Below, in pieces: positions 35,469 to 44,916 of a DNA stretch of 64,000 nucleotides. The translations under genes and the position numbers were made by a program. Source of the DNA: a virus (taxonomy: Duplodnaviria; Caudoviricetes); IMG/VR virus record IMGVR_UViG_3300031134_000004, positions 128,001-192,000 of that record. One strand, written 5' to 3'. The notes beneath the pieces are model-generated. The model made no database searches and was not told the origin of the DNA. It saw nothing but the letters and a program-made list of their open reading frames with translations. How positions within the stretch are numbered: the first letter of the stretch is position 1; each line of letters starts with the position of its first letter.

Positions 35469-35843
35469 ATGTATCACACTTACCGACCCTTCTCGCAAGA
35501 AGAACCTTACAACTTGCGTCCTTTCTCGTTTCGTTCTGAAGGACCTGCTGATGCTGTTCAGTTTCTCGGACTGATCGCAAGAAAGATTCAGCTTACGCAC
35601 TTGAGTGAAGACGAGCGTGTGAAGAAGCTTTACTTCACCGAGCTGTTCATCGAAACCGACACCCGCACTCACGAAAGTGTCGTTGAGTTCCAAAGCAACA
35701 TGAAGCTCGAAGAGATGCAGAAAATCATCCGCTCGAGCGTGGAGATGAAAGAGTCGCACCAAGAGTACATGGAAGTTGTTCTTCAAACGCTGCGCGAACA
35801 ACCTGCCCATCTGAACTCGATGGAGCGCGACCGTTCGCTTTAA
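35469..35843 (+). CDS. Hypothetical protein (paralogue of 35110-35457)
   Basis: PFSFRSE...TLR...NSMERDRSL. Confidence 0.7.
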   Translation: MYHTYRPFSQEEPYNLRPFSFRSEGPADAVQFLGLIARKIQLTHLSEDERVKKLYFTELFIETDTRTHESVVEFQSNMKLEEMQKIIRSSVEMKESHQEYMEVVLQTLREQPAHLNSMERDRSL

Positions 35844-35844
35844 C

Positions 35845-35895
35845 GGCATAAAGCCAGGGGAAGTTCCCCTGGCTCGTATGACCTCTTTTTTTTTT
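35845..35895. terminator. Terminator between convergent operons
   Basis: GCCAGGGGAA GT TCCCCTGGC stem followed by a long T run. Confidence 0.8.
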
Positions 35896-35903
35896 GCTCG
35901 TTT

Positions 35904-36584
35904 CTAGTCGAGCATGCCTTGGTATTTCTTGGAACGGGATTCCACACGACCAGGGTACTTACTATTGATCATGCAGAATGATTCCCCGTAGCCGGCAACC
36001 TTGACATTCGATTGAGCGCACTTGGTTTCAAGGTTACCATACCAGTACTCCGGATCACACTTAGCGTCCATGCGACACAACCGGATGCGTTTGGAAATGC
36101 TACCAGCCCCGCCATTGTATTTGGCAGCCTCGCAGGCAAGTGCTTCACGCGGATTGGCCATCTGTACTTCGCAACTACGGTAACCAGCCTTTTGCTTGAG
36201 AAGCATTGCACGCAACTGGTATTGTGCGTTGGTGCAGTCTTCCCAGCTCCATTCCTTCAAGGACGGATGCAATCGTTTGGTTTCTTCCAGCGCGTCGAAA
36301 CGCACCTTGCCGTTCTTGTCGTAGGCGATGGTAAATTGCCCGAAGCCACATCCCCATTCACGGGAGGTCTTCAATTGCGCATTGACCTTCCACAAGCTCT
36401 CTTGTTCGACCGAGCCTGCTGCGTGTTCGCGCAGTGGGTGCCATGCCCAGTGGGTGTCGATCTCGTACTTGAGCAAGGGGAGGTATTGCTCGGCTTGATT
36501 CGGAAGCTTAACCGAACCTGCTGCTGGCGAACACAGCAGGAACATGGTCAAGATCAGAAACAGCCAGTTAGTCAGACGTTTCAC
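35904..36584 (-). CDS. SLT-type lytic transglycosylase with N-terminal hydrophobic/signal segment
   Basis: GTG start overlaps the upstream stop. EQES (catalytic Glu), GFGQF and AKYNGGAG motifs; Cys-rich C-terminus. Confidence 0.8.
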   Translation of the reverse strand: MKRLTNWLFLILTMFLLCSPAAGSVKLPNQAEQYLPLLKYEIDTHWAWHPLREHAAGSVEQESLWKVNAQLKTSREWGCGFGQFTIAYDKNGKVRFDALEETKRLHPSLKEWSWEDCTNAQYQLRAMLLKQKAGYRSCEVQMANPREALACEAAKYNGGAGSISKRIRLCRMDAKCDPEYWYGNLETKCAQSNVKVAGYGESFCMINSKYPGRVESRSKKYQGMLD

Positions 36585-36958
36585 AGCAGCCCCGACATCA
36601 AGAGGACAAGGACAATCCGGGTGAGCGTCGTGAGCGTGTTGATCGCATAGACAGCGATGCCGGCGCGGGTATCGTTGTTCATGATTGCCATACACGCAAG
36701 CTCTTGAAGATCAACCTTGGGCTGGAACGTAACGCGAATCCAGATCACGGAGATCTCGACCCAGGTCAAGAGCGTCAAGGCGCCCAGGACCATCATGACT
36801 TCTGGGAACTGAGAGACGAAATCGCCGTGGTTTTGGCGAGCGTACTCGACCATGAAGTGCATCGCGAAGAAGCCGATGACGGTCAGGGCGAGCAGGACGG
36901 CCGAGCGCAGGAACAGACGCTTGGTCATTTCTTTGGTTTTCTTCGAAACGTTTTGCAT
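36581..36958 (-). CDS. Multi-TM membrane protein, putative holin
   Basis: RBS aggaag, ATG 36958; about three hydrophobic helices; translationally coupled to the transglycosylase. Confidence 0.55.
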   Translation of the reverse strand: MQNVSKKTKEMTKRLFLRSAVLLALTVIGFFAMHFMVEYARQNHGDFVSQFPEVMMVLGALTLLTWVEISVIWIRVTFQPKVDLQELACMAIMNNDTRAGIAVYAINTLTTLTRIVLVLLMSGLL

Positions 36959-37040
36959 GATACTTCCTAGTAATGAAATTAAAAGAACCGAGGGAAGCAA
37001 ATAGTTTCCCTCGGGCACTACATGATTACTACATTTTCAT

Positions 37041-40000
37041 TTACACTCCTGTGGATTCAGAGTACAACTTCACACGGAATCGCACGAACTTGTTGGTGTT
37101 ACTCTTAGCCCGGATCGTAATTTCCATCTCACCACTCTGTGGGTTGACAGCTGCATTAGATCCAGTATTTGCTTGAGCAAGCCAACCACGGTCCAGAGCA
37201 TACCAGCCAGAATTACCAGGCGGGATCGGGAAGGAAATAGCACTCAGTGGCGAGTAGTACAGTTCGTAATCAGACGCTTTAGATCCTTGTGGAATCCAGC
37301 GACCGCGAGCTGTTGCGCTATTTACACCGTAGCCGTAGAACGTACCGTCAGGATTGATTTCGAAGATAACCGACGCACCGCCATCGCTAACGCCTCTGAA
37401 ATTCAGATTTTCGTTAGGGTATGGCATCATTGGCGCTGCAATTGGGTCGTATCCGCAATCAACACTGTTGTACTGCAAGACGTCAGGATACTCGCCGTAG
37501 TTACCGTCAGCCCGAACAGCAACCAACGTTGTACCGTCACAATAGCGACGCAGTTCCGTACCACGAGGCGTTGGTGCAACATAACCGCAAGACACACTGT
37601 TGTATTCGGCCACTTCCACGTAATAGCTACCAGTGCCATCAGCACGACGACGCATCAAGTTAAGACCCTCGCAGAACGTTCCCAGATCCGTACCAGCTGC
37701 TGGTGGTGGAATGTAACCGCAATCAGTGCTATTAGGGAATGGACGCTCAGTAAAGAAGCCATCGCCATTTGCAACACGAATAACCAACGTCGTGCCAGAG
37801 CAATAGCGCGACAGTTCTACACCAGCATTGGTGAAGTCCATGTACATGCTAATGGCATCGGACCATTCGCTTGTCAAACCGTTGTTGCTATTGTGACGCA
37901 TCCGCACCAAGTACCACGAACCGTCAATCAGGTCTTGCGTTGTCGTACGAGCAGCAGTTGCACTACCACCTTCAGTCCACTCGCGAATCACACGCGTAGC
38001 ATCACCGTTCAAGATCTGGTAAGTCTTGGACTTCCAGCTATCGTTCGGGTTCGTACCACTCATGGCAAAGTCGGAATTGGTAAAGAAGATACCGTTACTT
38101 GCGTACGAGTCACCATACGAGCGACCCGACTCTGGCGAGATGATCGTTGGCTTGGCCACAAACGGCACAACGTAACCGCAGTAACCAGCGTTTCGTTCAA
38201 GCAGCGTTTTGATTTCACCGTAGTTACCATCAGAACGTTTATCGTACTTGTCGTAGCCTTCGCAGAACGTATCGAGCAAGGTGCCCGCTGCTGGCGAATT
38301 TGGCCACTCTGCACGGAAGTTGAGCCACTCCGACCATTTCGAGGACGGCAGCTTCATGCCGTTGTGACGCACACGCAGACGATAATCCGTGTGGTTTGTC
38401 AACATCGCTGACGGCAAGATGAACTGCTCACTGTTATCGTACACGAAGCCGTTCTTAAACAGCTGCGTACCCAAGTACAGTTCCCACTCAAGGTTATCGA
38501 ATTGCTCCGAACCGAACGTGATTTGGAATGGCGAGCACATTGCTTTAAACGCACCCAGACGGTCGGTCTGTTGTGTGTTGTTTGGTGTAGCCCACACTGG
38601 CGTTTTGATTTCTGCTGGTGCAAAGCCGCACACCGCACTGTACTCTTCTGCCAGAATCCACGTACTACCGTAGTTCCCGTCAGAGACAAGATTGTACAGA
38701 TCAAAACCTTCGCACTCAGTCTTTAAGACTGTACCGGCAGCAGGTGAGGCAATCTTGGTGGTAAAGGCAATCGAGTTGGACCAACCCGACAGACCCATGT
38801 TCACACCCTTGTACTGCACCCGCGCATGGTACATCGTGCCATACGTGAGAGCACCTGAAGGAATCGATACTGCCATTTTGCTGACAGCATCGTTGTAACG
38901 TGACCACACAAGTGTACCAGTGCCATTTGGACCCGTCCAGATTTCCCAGTCCGTAGAAGCATGGGTGTCCGTGCCTTTTGTCGCTGCAAAGACAGACGAA
39001 GTCAAGCCAGGTTGAAGAGCAGTCTCTGTAGCGCCGTTGACAGGGGCAGTAATACTTGGCTGGCGAATCGCACCTTCAATCGTACTAAAGACCGTTGGGT
39101 TCGACCAGTCGGACCATTCGTTCTCAGCATTCATGTAGCGTACTCGCCAGTAGTAGCGCATCACCACACCAAGTGTCGTCGACAAGGTGTATGACAAAAC
39201 GGGACTATTGATGGTTTCGTTCACCACCAAACTCTTCATGTCTTCCGTACTGGAGACTTGGAACTGGCTGGCTTTGTGAGGCACCCGGTAGATCGAACCA
39301 TAGTCGTCCGACACGAGCGTCGCTTTAAGCACCACATTCGTTTCGTCCTTGGCAGGCAGGCGATTGACCGGCTGACGCACCTTTGGATAGACGGGCTTTT
39401 CATCACGGCGGAAATACTGCGGATGAGGATCGCGCTCTTTGCGGTGAAAGGCAATGGCTGAACGCATCGACAACTGAGCGCGTTCAACCAAGTCAGGGGT
39501 GATGAGACCGATGTTCGCTTCGAGATACGCGTAGACACTATCGTAACCGACAGCGCTACCGGCGAGCAAGCTTGCGTTGATGCGGTCAAGTGCTTGCACC
39601 ACATACTCAAACCCAAAGCGCGTGCCTTTGCCCATCAAGCGCACACTCTCTGGCGTGTCTTCTACACTCCATACTGGCAGTGGCCACGCTGGGTTGCGTT
39701 GATCGAAGTTGAAACTATTTAGTACAGCCGCCAGATCATCGTCACTGTTACTGTATTGTGCACCTACACTTTGGTACGAGAGCGTAACGCCACCACTGGC
39801 TGGGACATTTTTCAGTACCAGTAAGCCCGCCACGTCCTTGTCAGACAAGCCCGTTGGAATAGCGTGCAGCTCAGTGATGATGTAATCTCGTCCGCGTGAG
39901 AGGACTTGTTTCGTTGCGGTATTAACGACACGCATCGAATCGACATAGAAGGGTCCATACACCGGAGCGATGGCAACGACCTTCTTTACAGGAAAACGAT

Positions 40001-40076
40001 GTTCTTCTGCCCGCACCAAGTTAGCTTCACTCGTGCCGGACAGATCAAGCGGATAGGTAACGCTAGGGATTGTCAT
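37041..40076 (-). CDS. Tail fibre / baseplate-attached protein with FN3-like and Cys-pair repeats
   Basis: N-terminal YPLDLSG...N...E.H attachment-like domain shared with 40138-42285 and 44150-44824; W-rich beta modules; five C-x(26-28)-CG modules. Confidence 0.75.
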   Translation of the reverse strand: MTIPSVTYPLDLSGTSEANLVRAEEHRFPVKKVVAIAPVYGPFYVDSMRVVNTATKQVLSRGRDYIITELHAIPTGLSDKDVAGLLVLKNVPASGGVTLSYQSVGAQYSNSDDDLAAVLNSFNFDQRNPAWPLPVWSVEDTPESVRLMGKGTRFGFEYVVQALDRINASLLAGSAVGYDSVYAYLEANIGLITPDLVERAQLSMRSAIAFHRKERDPHPQYFRRDEKPVYPKVRQPVNRLPAKDETNVVLKATLVSDDYGSIYRVPHKASQFQVSSTEDMKSLVVNETINSPVLSYTLSTTLGVVMRYYWRVRYMNAENEWSDWSNPTVFSTIEGAIRQPSITAPVNGATETALQPGLTSSVFAATKGTDTHASTDWEIWTGPNGTGTLVWSRYNDAVSKMAVSIPSGALTYGTMYHARVQYKGVNMGLSGWSNSIAFTTKIASPAAGTVLKTECEGFDLYNLVSDGNYGSTWILAEEYSAVCGFAPAEIKTPVWATPNNTQQTDRLGAFKAMCSPFQITFGSEQFDNLEWELYLGTQLFKNGFVYDNSEQFILPSAMLTNHTDYRLRVRHNGMKLPSSKWSEWLNFRAEWPNSPAAGTLLDTFCEGYDKYDKRSDGNYGEIKTLLERNAGYCGYVVPFVAKPTIISPESGRSYGDSYASNGIFFTNSDFAMSGTNPNDSWKSKTYQILNGDATRVIREWTEGGSATAARTTTQDLIDGSWYLVRMRHNSNNGLTSEWSDAISMYMDFTNAGVELSRYCSGTTLVIRVANGDGFFTERPFPNSTDCGYIPPPAAGTDLGTFCEGLNLMRRRADGTGSYYVEVAEYNSVSCGYVAPTPRGTELRRYCDGTTLVAVRADGNYGEYPDVLQYNSVDCGYDPIAAPMMPYPNENLNFRGVSDGGASVIFEINPDGTFYGYGVNSATARGRWIPQGSKASDYELYYSPLSAISFPIPPGNSGWYALDRGWLAQANTGSNAAVNPQSGEMEITIRAKSNTNKFVRFRVKLYSESTGV

Positions 40077-40137
40077 GCTTACCCTCTCCTTGTGGAAATG
40101 AATAAAAAGGGGAGGGCACTGCCCTCCCCAGTATGCC

Positions 40138-42285
40138 TTACGTTTTTGGAATCAAACGAATAGCACGGATACGCGTTGCCACGTTCTTCGCACCATTGGT
40201 TACAGCACCAGTGGACATGTTCACGCGCCGATGGTCAAACACAGGCGTACGAACGTCGTGGTAAGCACCAGGGGTATAACCGACAACTTCAGTGCGGTAT
40301 TCCGACACCGCGCAGTTCCAGTTCACTTCCCAGTAACCGACGTATTCGCCCCACGGCATTTGCTGACCGTTGGTACTAAAGTGCGACTGTACATCGTTCG
40401 GACCTTGTTCGCCACGGGAGCACTTGACAGACGAACTTGGATAAGCCGACTCACCTTGCGGACCTGCACTGTAGCTACGCGGTGAAGCGTACTGGTGCAG
40501 ATACGAACTGTAAATCGGCGTATCTGGGTCGCTGTAACTATCGTTACGGATGTAGTCGTAGGGCGAGGACGAACCATGCACGACAGCATTCATCGCTTGG
40601 GCTGCACCGGTTTTGAAGATCACTGGTGAAGTAGCGCGAGTTGGACCCACGTTAGTGTAGATCGACTGAAGCGCGGCCAGTGAAGGTACTTGCCAGTCGC
40701 TAAAGCCACCCAAGGTCAATGCCTTGGCCCAGTTCGCAGCATCACTACCGAACGCTTTGAGGTTGGTGGTATTAAGCACCGAGTCAGCGTCGTTACCGGC
40801 CACCTTCGTCGTTGCATTGGCCATCTTCAAGTCCGTCTCACCACCAATCTTCGGTGCGAGAATGATGCCGTACGTAGTGGGACCAACCACCACATCGCCT
40901 GCGTAATAACCACCACCATAGCTCTCGCCAATGGTAGTTGGAAACGGCGGGTAGTCCACCAGCAACGAACGATTTGCCGACCAAGCCGACGCACCCACAA
41001 CTGCACCTTTGTGAGCAACACGCGGGTAGTACGTGGTTTTGTTTGCCAAAATCGTGTGCGGTACTTGGATACTGGTTTTGTTGACCGTGTCGTTGTACGA
41101 GCTAAACAGAAGGTTGCCAGTACCATTCTCACCAGACCAGATTTCCCAATCGGTTGAGACGTGGGTGTCAGTCATGCCTTGCACAGCGAACGCTGAACTG
41201 GTCATGGTAAAGCCATTGGTGACGACTTTCTGTCCGTTGACCGGTGCGGTGATGGATGGTTGCATCACAAACACAGCGCCGGTATCGAACGACCATGTGG
41301 CTGACCACTTCGACTTCTTCTTGTCCACATCGAAGTGACGCATGCGCCAGTAATACGTCGTAGACGCATCCAAGCGTGGCAACTGGTACGACTTGAGATT
41401 CGCTCCATTGAGAACCTGGTCCACCACCATTTGACCTGCGAAGTTTGCCTGCTTAGACACCTGCACTTCGATCCCGCCTTGCGAGAGTGCGTACAAGGAA
41501 TAAAACGGCGACGTCTCCACCGTGATGGCAAGACCTGCGCGTTGCAAGCCATTGGTTGGTGCGATGTTGATTGGCTGACGTACCATCGGGATGATGATGT
41601 CGTCCGCTTCTACTTTCGTCAAGTACTGAACGTGTGGATCAGGATGGTCAACGTGCGTCTTCATGACCGCCGTAACCGATTCTGCAATCTTGGCCAGCAC
41701 TTGTGGCGAGACGAACCCAACAGCCAGATCGATGTACGCATAGAGCGAATCGAGCTTGGCAGCATCGCGCAGCTTCATCGACGAATTGACCCGTTCAAGG
41801 GCATTGTAGATGAATTCCCAACCGTACGTATCGCCCACATCGTGCAAGTGGTGGCTAGGTTTAAATTCAGATGGCCAGTCAACGATGTCGTTTTTCGACA
41901 CAGGACGCTCATCGAGCATCAAGGCAGTTACGAGCTGCTCAATTGCTTTGGCATAGTTACACCAAGGACCACCAGCTGCTTGGTATTGGATGGTAACTTC
42001 ATCGTGCACGTTCGTATCGGTGATGAGGATGAGTGAACACACTTCCTTACCCGACAGTTCCGTGGGGTCCTCGAGCATTTCCGTGGCAACGAATTGCTTG
42101 TTAATGTCGAGCACTTTTTGGGTAGCGGTATCGACAATGCGCAGCGACTCAGTAAAGAAGCCGCCGTGCACTGGAGCGATTGCCCGCACCTTCCGACGGA
42201 CCATCTGGTGAACCTCCCCTTGGACAAGGTTATTTTGGTTCGTACCAGACAAGTCCTCCGGGTACTTAATAATGACGGGCGCCAT
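40138..42285 (-). CDS. Tail fibre-like protein, paralogue of 37041-40076
   Basis: Same N-terminal domain and two FN3-like modules; GESYGGGYYAG...W.VPS...L distal domain (DUF1566-like). Confidence 0.7.
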   Translation of the reverse strand: MAPVIIKYPEDLSGTNQNNLVQGEVHQMVRRKVRAIAPVHGGFFTESLRIVDTATQKVLDINKQFVATEMLEDPTELSGKEVCSLILITDTNVHDEVTIQYQAAGGPWCNYAKAIEQLVTALMLDERPVSKNDIVDWPSEFKPSHHLHDVGDTYGWEFIYNALERVNSSMKLRDAAKLDSLYAYIDLAVGFVSPQVLAKIAESVTAVMKTHVDHPDPHVQYLTKVEADDIIIPMVRQPINIAPTNGLQRAGLAITVETSPFYSLYALSQGGIEVQVSKQANFAGQMVVDQVLNGANLKSYQLPRLDASTTYYWRMRHFDVDKKKSKWSATWSFDTGAVFVMQPSITAPVNGQKVVTNGFTMTSSAFAVQGMTDTHVSTDWEIWSGENGTGNLLFSSYNDTVNKTSIQVPHTILANKTTYYPRVAHKGAVVGASAWSANRSLLVDYPPFPTTIGESYGGGYYAGDVVVGPTTYGIILAPKIGGETDLKMANATTKVAGNDADSVLNTTNLKAFGSDAANWAKALTLGGFSDWQVPSLAALQSIYTNVGPTRATSPVIFKTGAAQAMNAVVHGSSSPYDYIRNDSYSDPDTPIYSSYLHQYASPRSYSAGPQGESAYPSSSVKCSRGEQGPNDVQSHFSTNGQQMPWGEYVGYWEVNWNCAVSEYRTEVVGYTPGAYHDVRTPVFDHRRVNMSTGAVTNGAKNVATRIRAIRLIPKT

Positions 42286-42339
42286 AGTTAAAGCTCCTAC
42301 TAATAAGAGTGAGTGGTCGGCTAGTTGGCCGACCTTGTA

Positions 42340-42516
42340 TTACGCTGCAGAGGTCTTAACGAGTTCTGCACTCACCGTGTATTCGCCCGGATTGGTCGTC
42401 GAGAAGACGCCTTTGTCCGTGACCCAGCCTTTGGCTTTGGTGTCGTAACGTGGTTGGGTAGCACCCACAGGGATTTTCTTGCCCGCAGCATGCAGGAAGT
42501 ACGTCTTGGTGTTCAT
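42340..42516 (-). CDS. 58-aa protein (MNTKTYFLHAAG...), not in the ORF track
   Basis: TGATG overlap with the upstream stop; open to TAA at 42340. Confidence 0.6.
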   Translation of the reverse strand: MNTKTYFLHAAGKKIPVGATQPRYDTKAKGWVTDKGVFSTTNPGEYTVSAELVKTSAA

Positions 42517-44096
42517 CAGTGGATTCCTTTCAGGAACGCAGTATCGCCAACAACGGCCAGGTACTGACCCGGAATCGCTGCTTCACGATGGTCGCCCCGG
42601 TAAGGGAGCTTAAATGGCGTATTGATCTGCACATCGCCTTCGATGGCAACGACGATGGTTTCGCCGTCAGAATATGCTTCTTGCTGCGCCACGCCAAGTA
42701 CGCTTTGCGCTTGGATGGTGTAGGTAGCCATGATGTCGATTTGCACCATCTCGTTGTCAACGTTACCGCCCGCAAAGAGCATGGTCGATCCTTGGTAGGG
42801 CAGCGTGCTGGCGATCTCACCAACAACAATTGCGCTATACGGATTAGCCGCCTCCACAGCCGTCATGGCGACGTCGCCGTACATCAGTGGACCGACATGG
42901 CCTGCGTACAGTTGCAGCGTGCCATCGTCCTCGTTGATGCCTTGGAAGGCAACCACAGCACCTTCGGCCGCAGCAGCTACTGCTACCGAACCTGCCGAGC
43001 GACCGAAGTAAGCGCGGGTAAAGACTGGGTGACCTTGTGGCGTGTAGACCGAGCCGTAGACGTAGTCGGTTGCAAAGAGCACACCGATGTTGCCGTTGGA
43101 CAGTTGGGTCAAGGCCAGACGGTTGGGTTTTTGGTAGTTGTCGAACGGGGCCAGGATGATGTTGTTGCCGTTGATGTCGCCCGAGGCTGCAACGATGTTA
43201 AGTTGGAAGCCCGGACCGACACCACCGTAACTACCAACAGCAAAGCCACCTTCTGCCAGACCGAATGCCGTGACGAATGGTGCATCTTCACAGCGTGCGA
43301 TGTTTTCACCCACTTGGTGACGAGGACGCGTTTCCACGCCGCCGTTACTGTAGAGCTTGAAGAACACCTTACCGTCCACACCGTCGGTTGCGCCGTACAC
43401 AACAGCAAAGCCTTCGGTCAATGCAGTGACAGCGACGCTTTGTTTGTAGGTGGTGACTTTGTCGAAGAAGTCCACACGACGCATGCCACCAACTGCTTCA
43501 GCATTGTCTTTAAAGACTGCGAAGTTGATTTCATGGCGGGACTTGTCGTTAGCGTACACGGCGACCGCATTACCGTTACTCAGGGTAGCGATACTGATCG
43601 ACGAGGAATCTTCACTCTGCCCGATCAAGGCCGAATCGATCTTCTTGCCTTCTTCATCGAGGACAACAACGTCCACGCAACCGCTCGAACCAGCTTTGAT
43701 GGCCACAGCAATTTTGCTATTGGCAAAGCCAGCCAGTGCGATTTCAGCATCCGTCGAAGCAAAGCCCAGGTCGGTCTTGCTGATCAGATTGCCTTCGTGC
43801 GAATACAGGGCAACTTTGTATTTGGTATCAGCCGTGAAACCGACAGCATAATTGCCATTGGCCAGTGTCACGCTCGACATGGCTTTTTGATCTTGACCTG
43901 GCACCGGACTCATGCCCAAAATGAAGGCCGTCTGAGTCTTGCTTTTCTCTTCGATGCGTTGTGCTTGGAACAGGGGACGCGCTTGTGCGCCTGGGGTGTT
44001 GGGTTCGAGGACGTAGCGTACTTTGCCGTCTTGACCAACAGCGACGATATCACCTTGCTTGATCGCTTCGCCTGCAACCACTTTGGTAGTCTTCAT
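42516..44096 (-). CDS. Probable virion accessory protein with repeated beta modules
   Basis: L(S/A)NGN repeats; N-terminal AGEAIKQGDIV and C-terminal LGVAQQEA..GETIVV...G segments. Confidence 0.6.
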   Translation of the reverse strand: MKTTKVVAGEAIKQGDIVAVGQDGKVRYVLEPNTPGAQARPLFQAQRIEEKSKTQTAFILGMSPVPGQDQKAMSSVTLANGNYAVGFTADTKYKVALYSHEGNLISKTDLGFASTDAEIALAGFANSKIAVAIKAGSSGCVDVVVLDEEGKKIDSALIGQSEDSSSISIATLSNGNAVAVYANDKSRHEINFAVFKDNAEAVGGMRRVDFFDKVTTYKQSVAVTALTEGFAVVYGATDGVDGKVFFKLYSNGGVETRPRHQVGENIARCEDAPFVTAFGLAEGGFAVGSYGGVGPGFQLNIVAASGDINGNNIILAPFDNYQKPNRLALTQLSNGNIGVLFATDYVYGSVYTPQGHPVFTRAYFGRSAGSVAVAAAAEGAVVAFQGINEDDGTLQLYAGHVGPLMYGDVAMTAVEAANPYSAIVVGEIASTLPYQGSTMLFAGGNVDNEMVQIDIMATYTIQAQSVLGVAQQEAYSDGETIVVAIEGDVQINTPFKLPYRGDHREAAIPGQYLAVVGDTAFLKGIH

Positions 44097-44149
44097 TCTT
44101 TTATCCTAAATAGAAAGACCGACAGCAATGACGCTGCCGGCCGAAGGTA

Positions 44150-44824
44150 TTACAGTTCGTCGATACGGGTATTGACGCGTTGGAACATCAAGTCGATTTC
44201 ACGCTTGTCGTACGCTCCCACGTCCACCGCTTGGGTGCCGTGTGGATTACGTGCGTTCTTGTGCGCTTCAAAACCATCGACCAAGCTACTGCGAATAGCA
44301 GCGGCAATGTCGGTCATCTTGGCAGTCACAGAACTCATACCGACCATGTCTGCCAGATTCCATTCATGGTCAATGACCGGGAACGAATAAGGCATGTCGA
44401 CAACCACATCCCACGACGTCTTGCGTGGATTGTGCAAACGGTCAGCCAAGATTTGTGCGATCTTCGCTTCGTTCTGGGTCCACACACCACCGACTGTTTG
44501 GTAATCGATAGTGATGGTGCCCACGAGTTGCAGATCGAAGAAGCTGATCGAACCGTAAAGGGGATTAGTGCAAGCACGGGACGCGCTGATGAACCAGTGC
44601 GAGAATTGGTAGTCCACCCCGAGGACTAGCGTACGGACATTACCTTGCGTATCCTTGTACGTCACCTTGGCGCCGTCAGTAAAGAGCGGTGCCATTTTGG
44701 GGACGATAAAGTGAAAGTCGCGGTAATTGGACGAGGTCAGCGCATGCTGTTCGCCCACGATTTTGTTGGTGACCTTCTTACCTGTGGGGTCAAACGGGTA
44801 AGACGTAGTCAAGTCGGCCGGCAT
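44150..44824 (-). CDS. Short virion protein consisting mainly of the shared fibre attachment domain
   Basis: YPFDPTG...N.I.GEQH; PLF; GSISF; YQTVGG; W..V...P..FP...HEW; H....NPH. Confidence 0.7.
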   Translation of the reverse strand: MPADLTTSYPFDPTGKKVTNKIVGEQHALTSSNYRDFHFIVPKMAPLFTDGAKVTYKDTQGNVRTLVLGVDYQFSHWFISASRACTNPLYGSISFFDLQLVGTITIDYQTVGGVWTQNEAKIAQILADRLHNPRKTSWDVVVDMPYSFPVIDHEWNLADMVGMSSVTAKMTDIAAAIRSSLVDGFEAHKNARNPHGTQAVDVGAYDKREIDLMFQRVNTRIDEL

Positions 44825-44916
44825 TTGAGCCCTCCAGAAGTATTCAAATATGTTATAGGCTGAGTCTTTCGACTATATAATTTGCAGTTTTTTGCTTCCA
44901 GTAAAGGCAATTTTCC

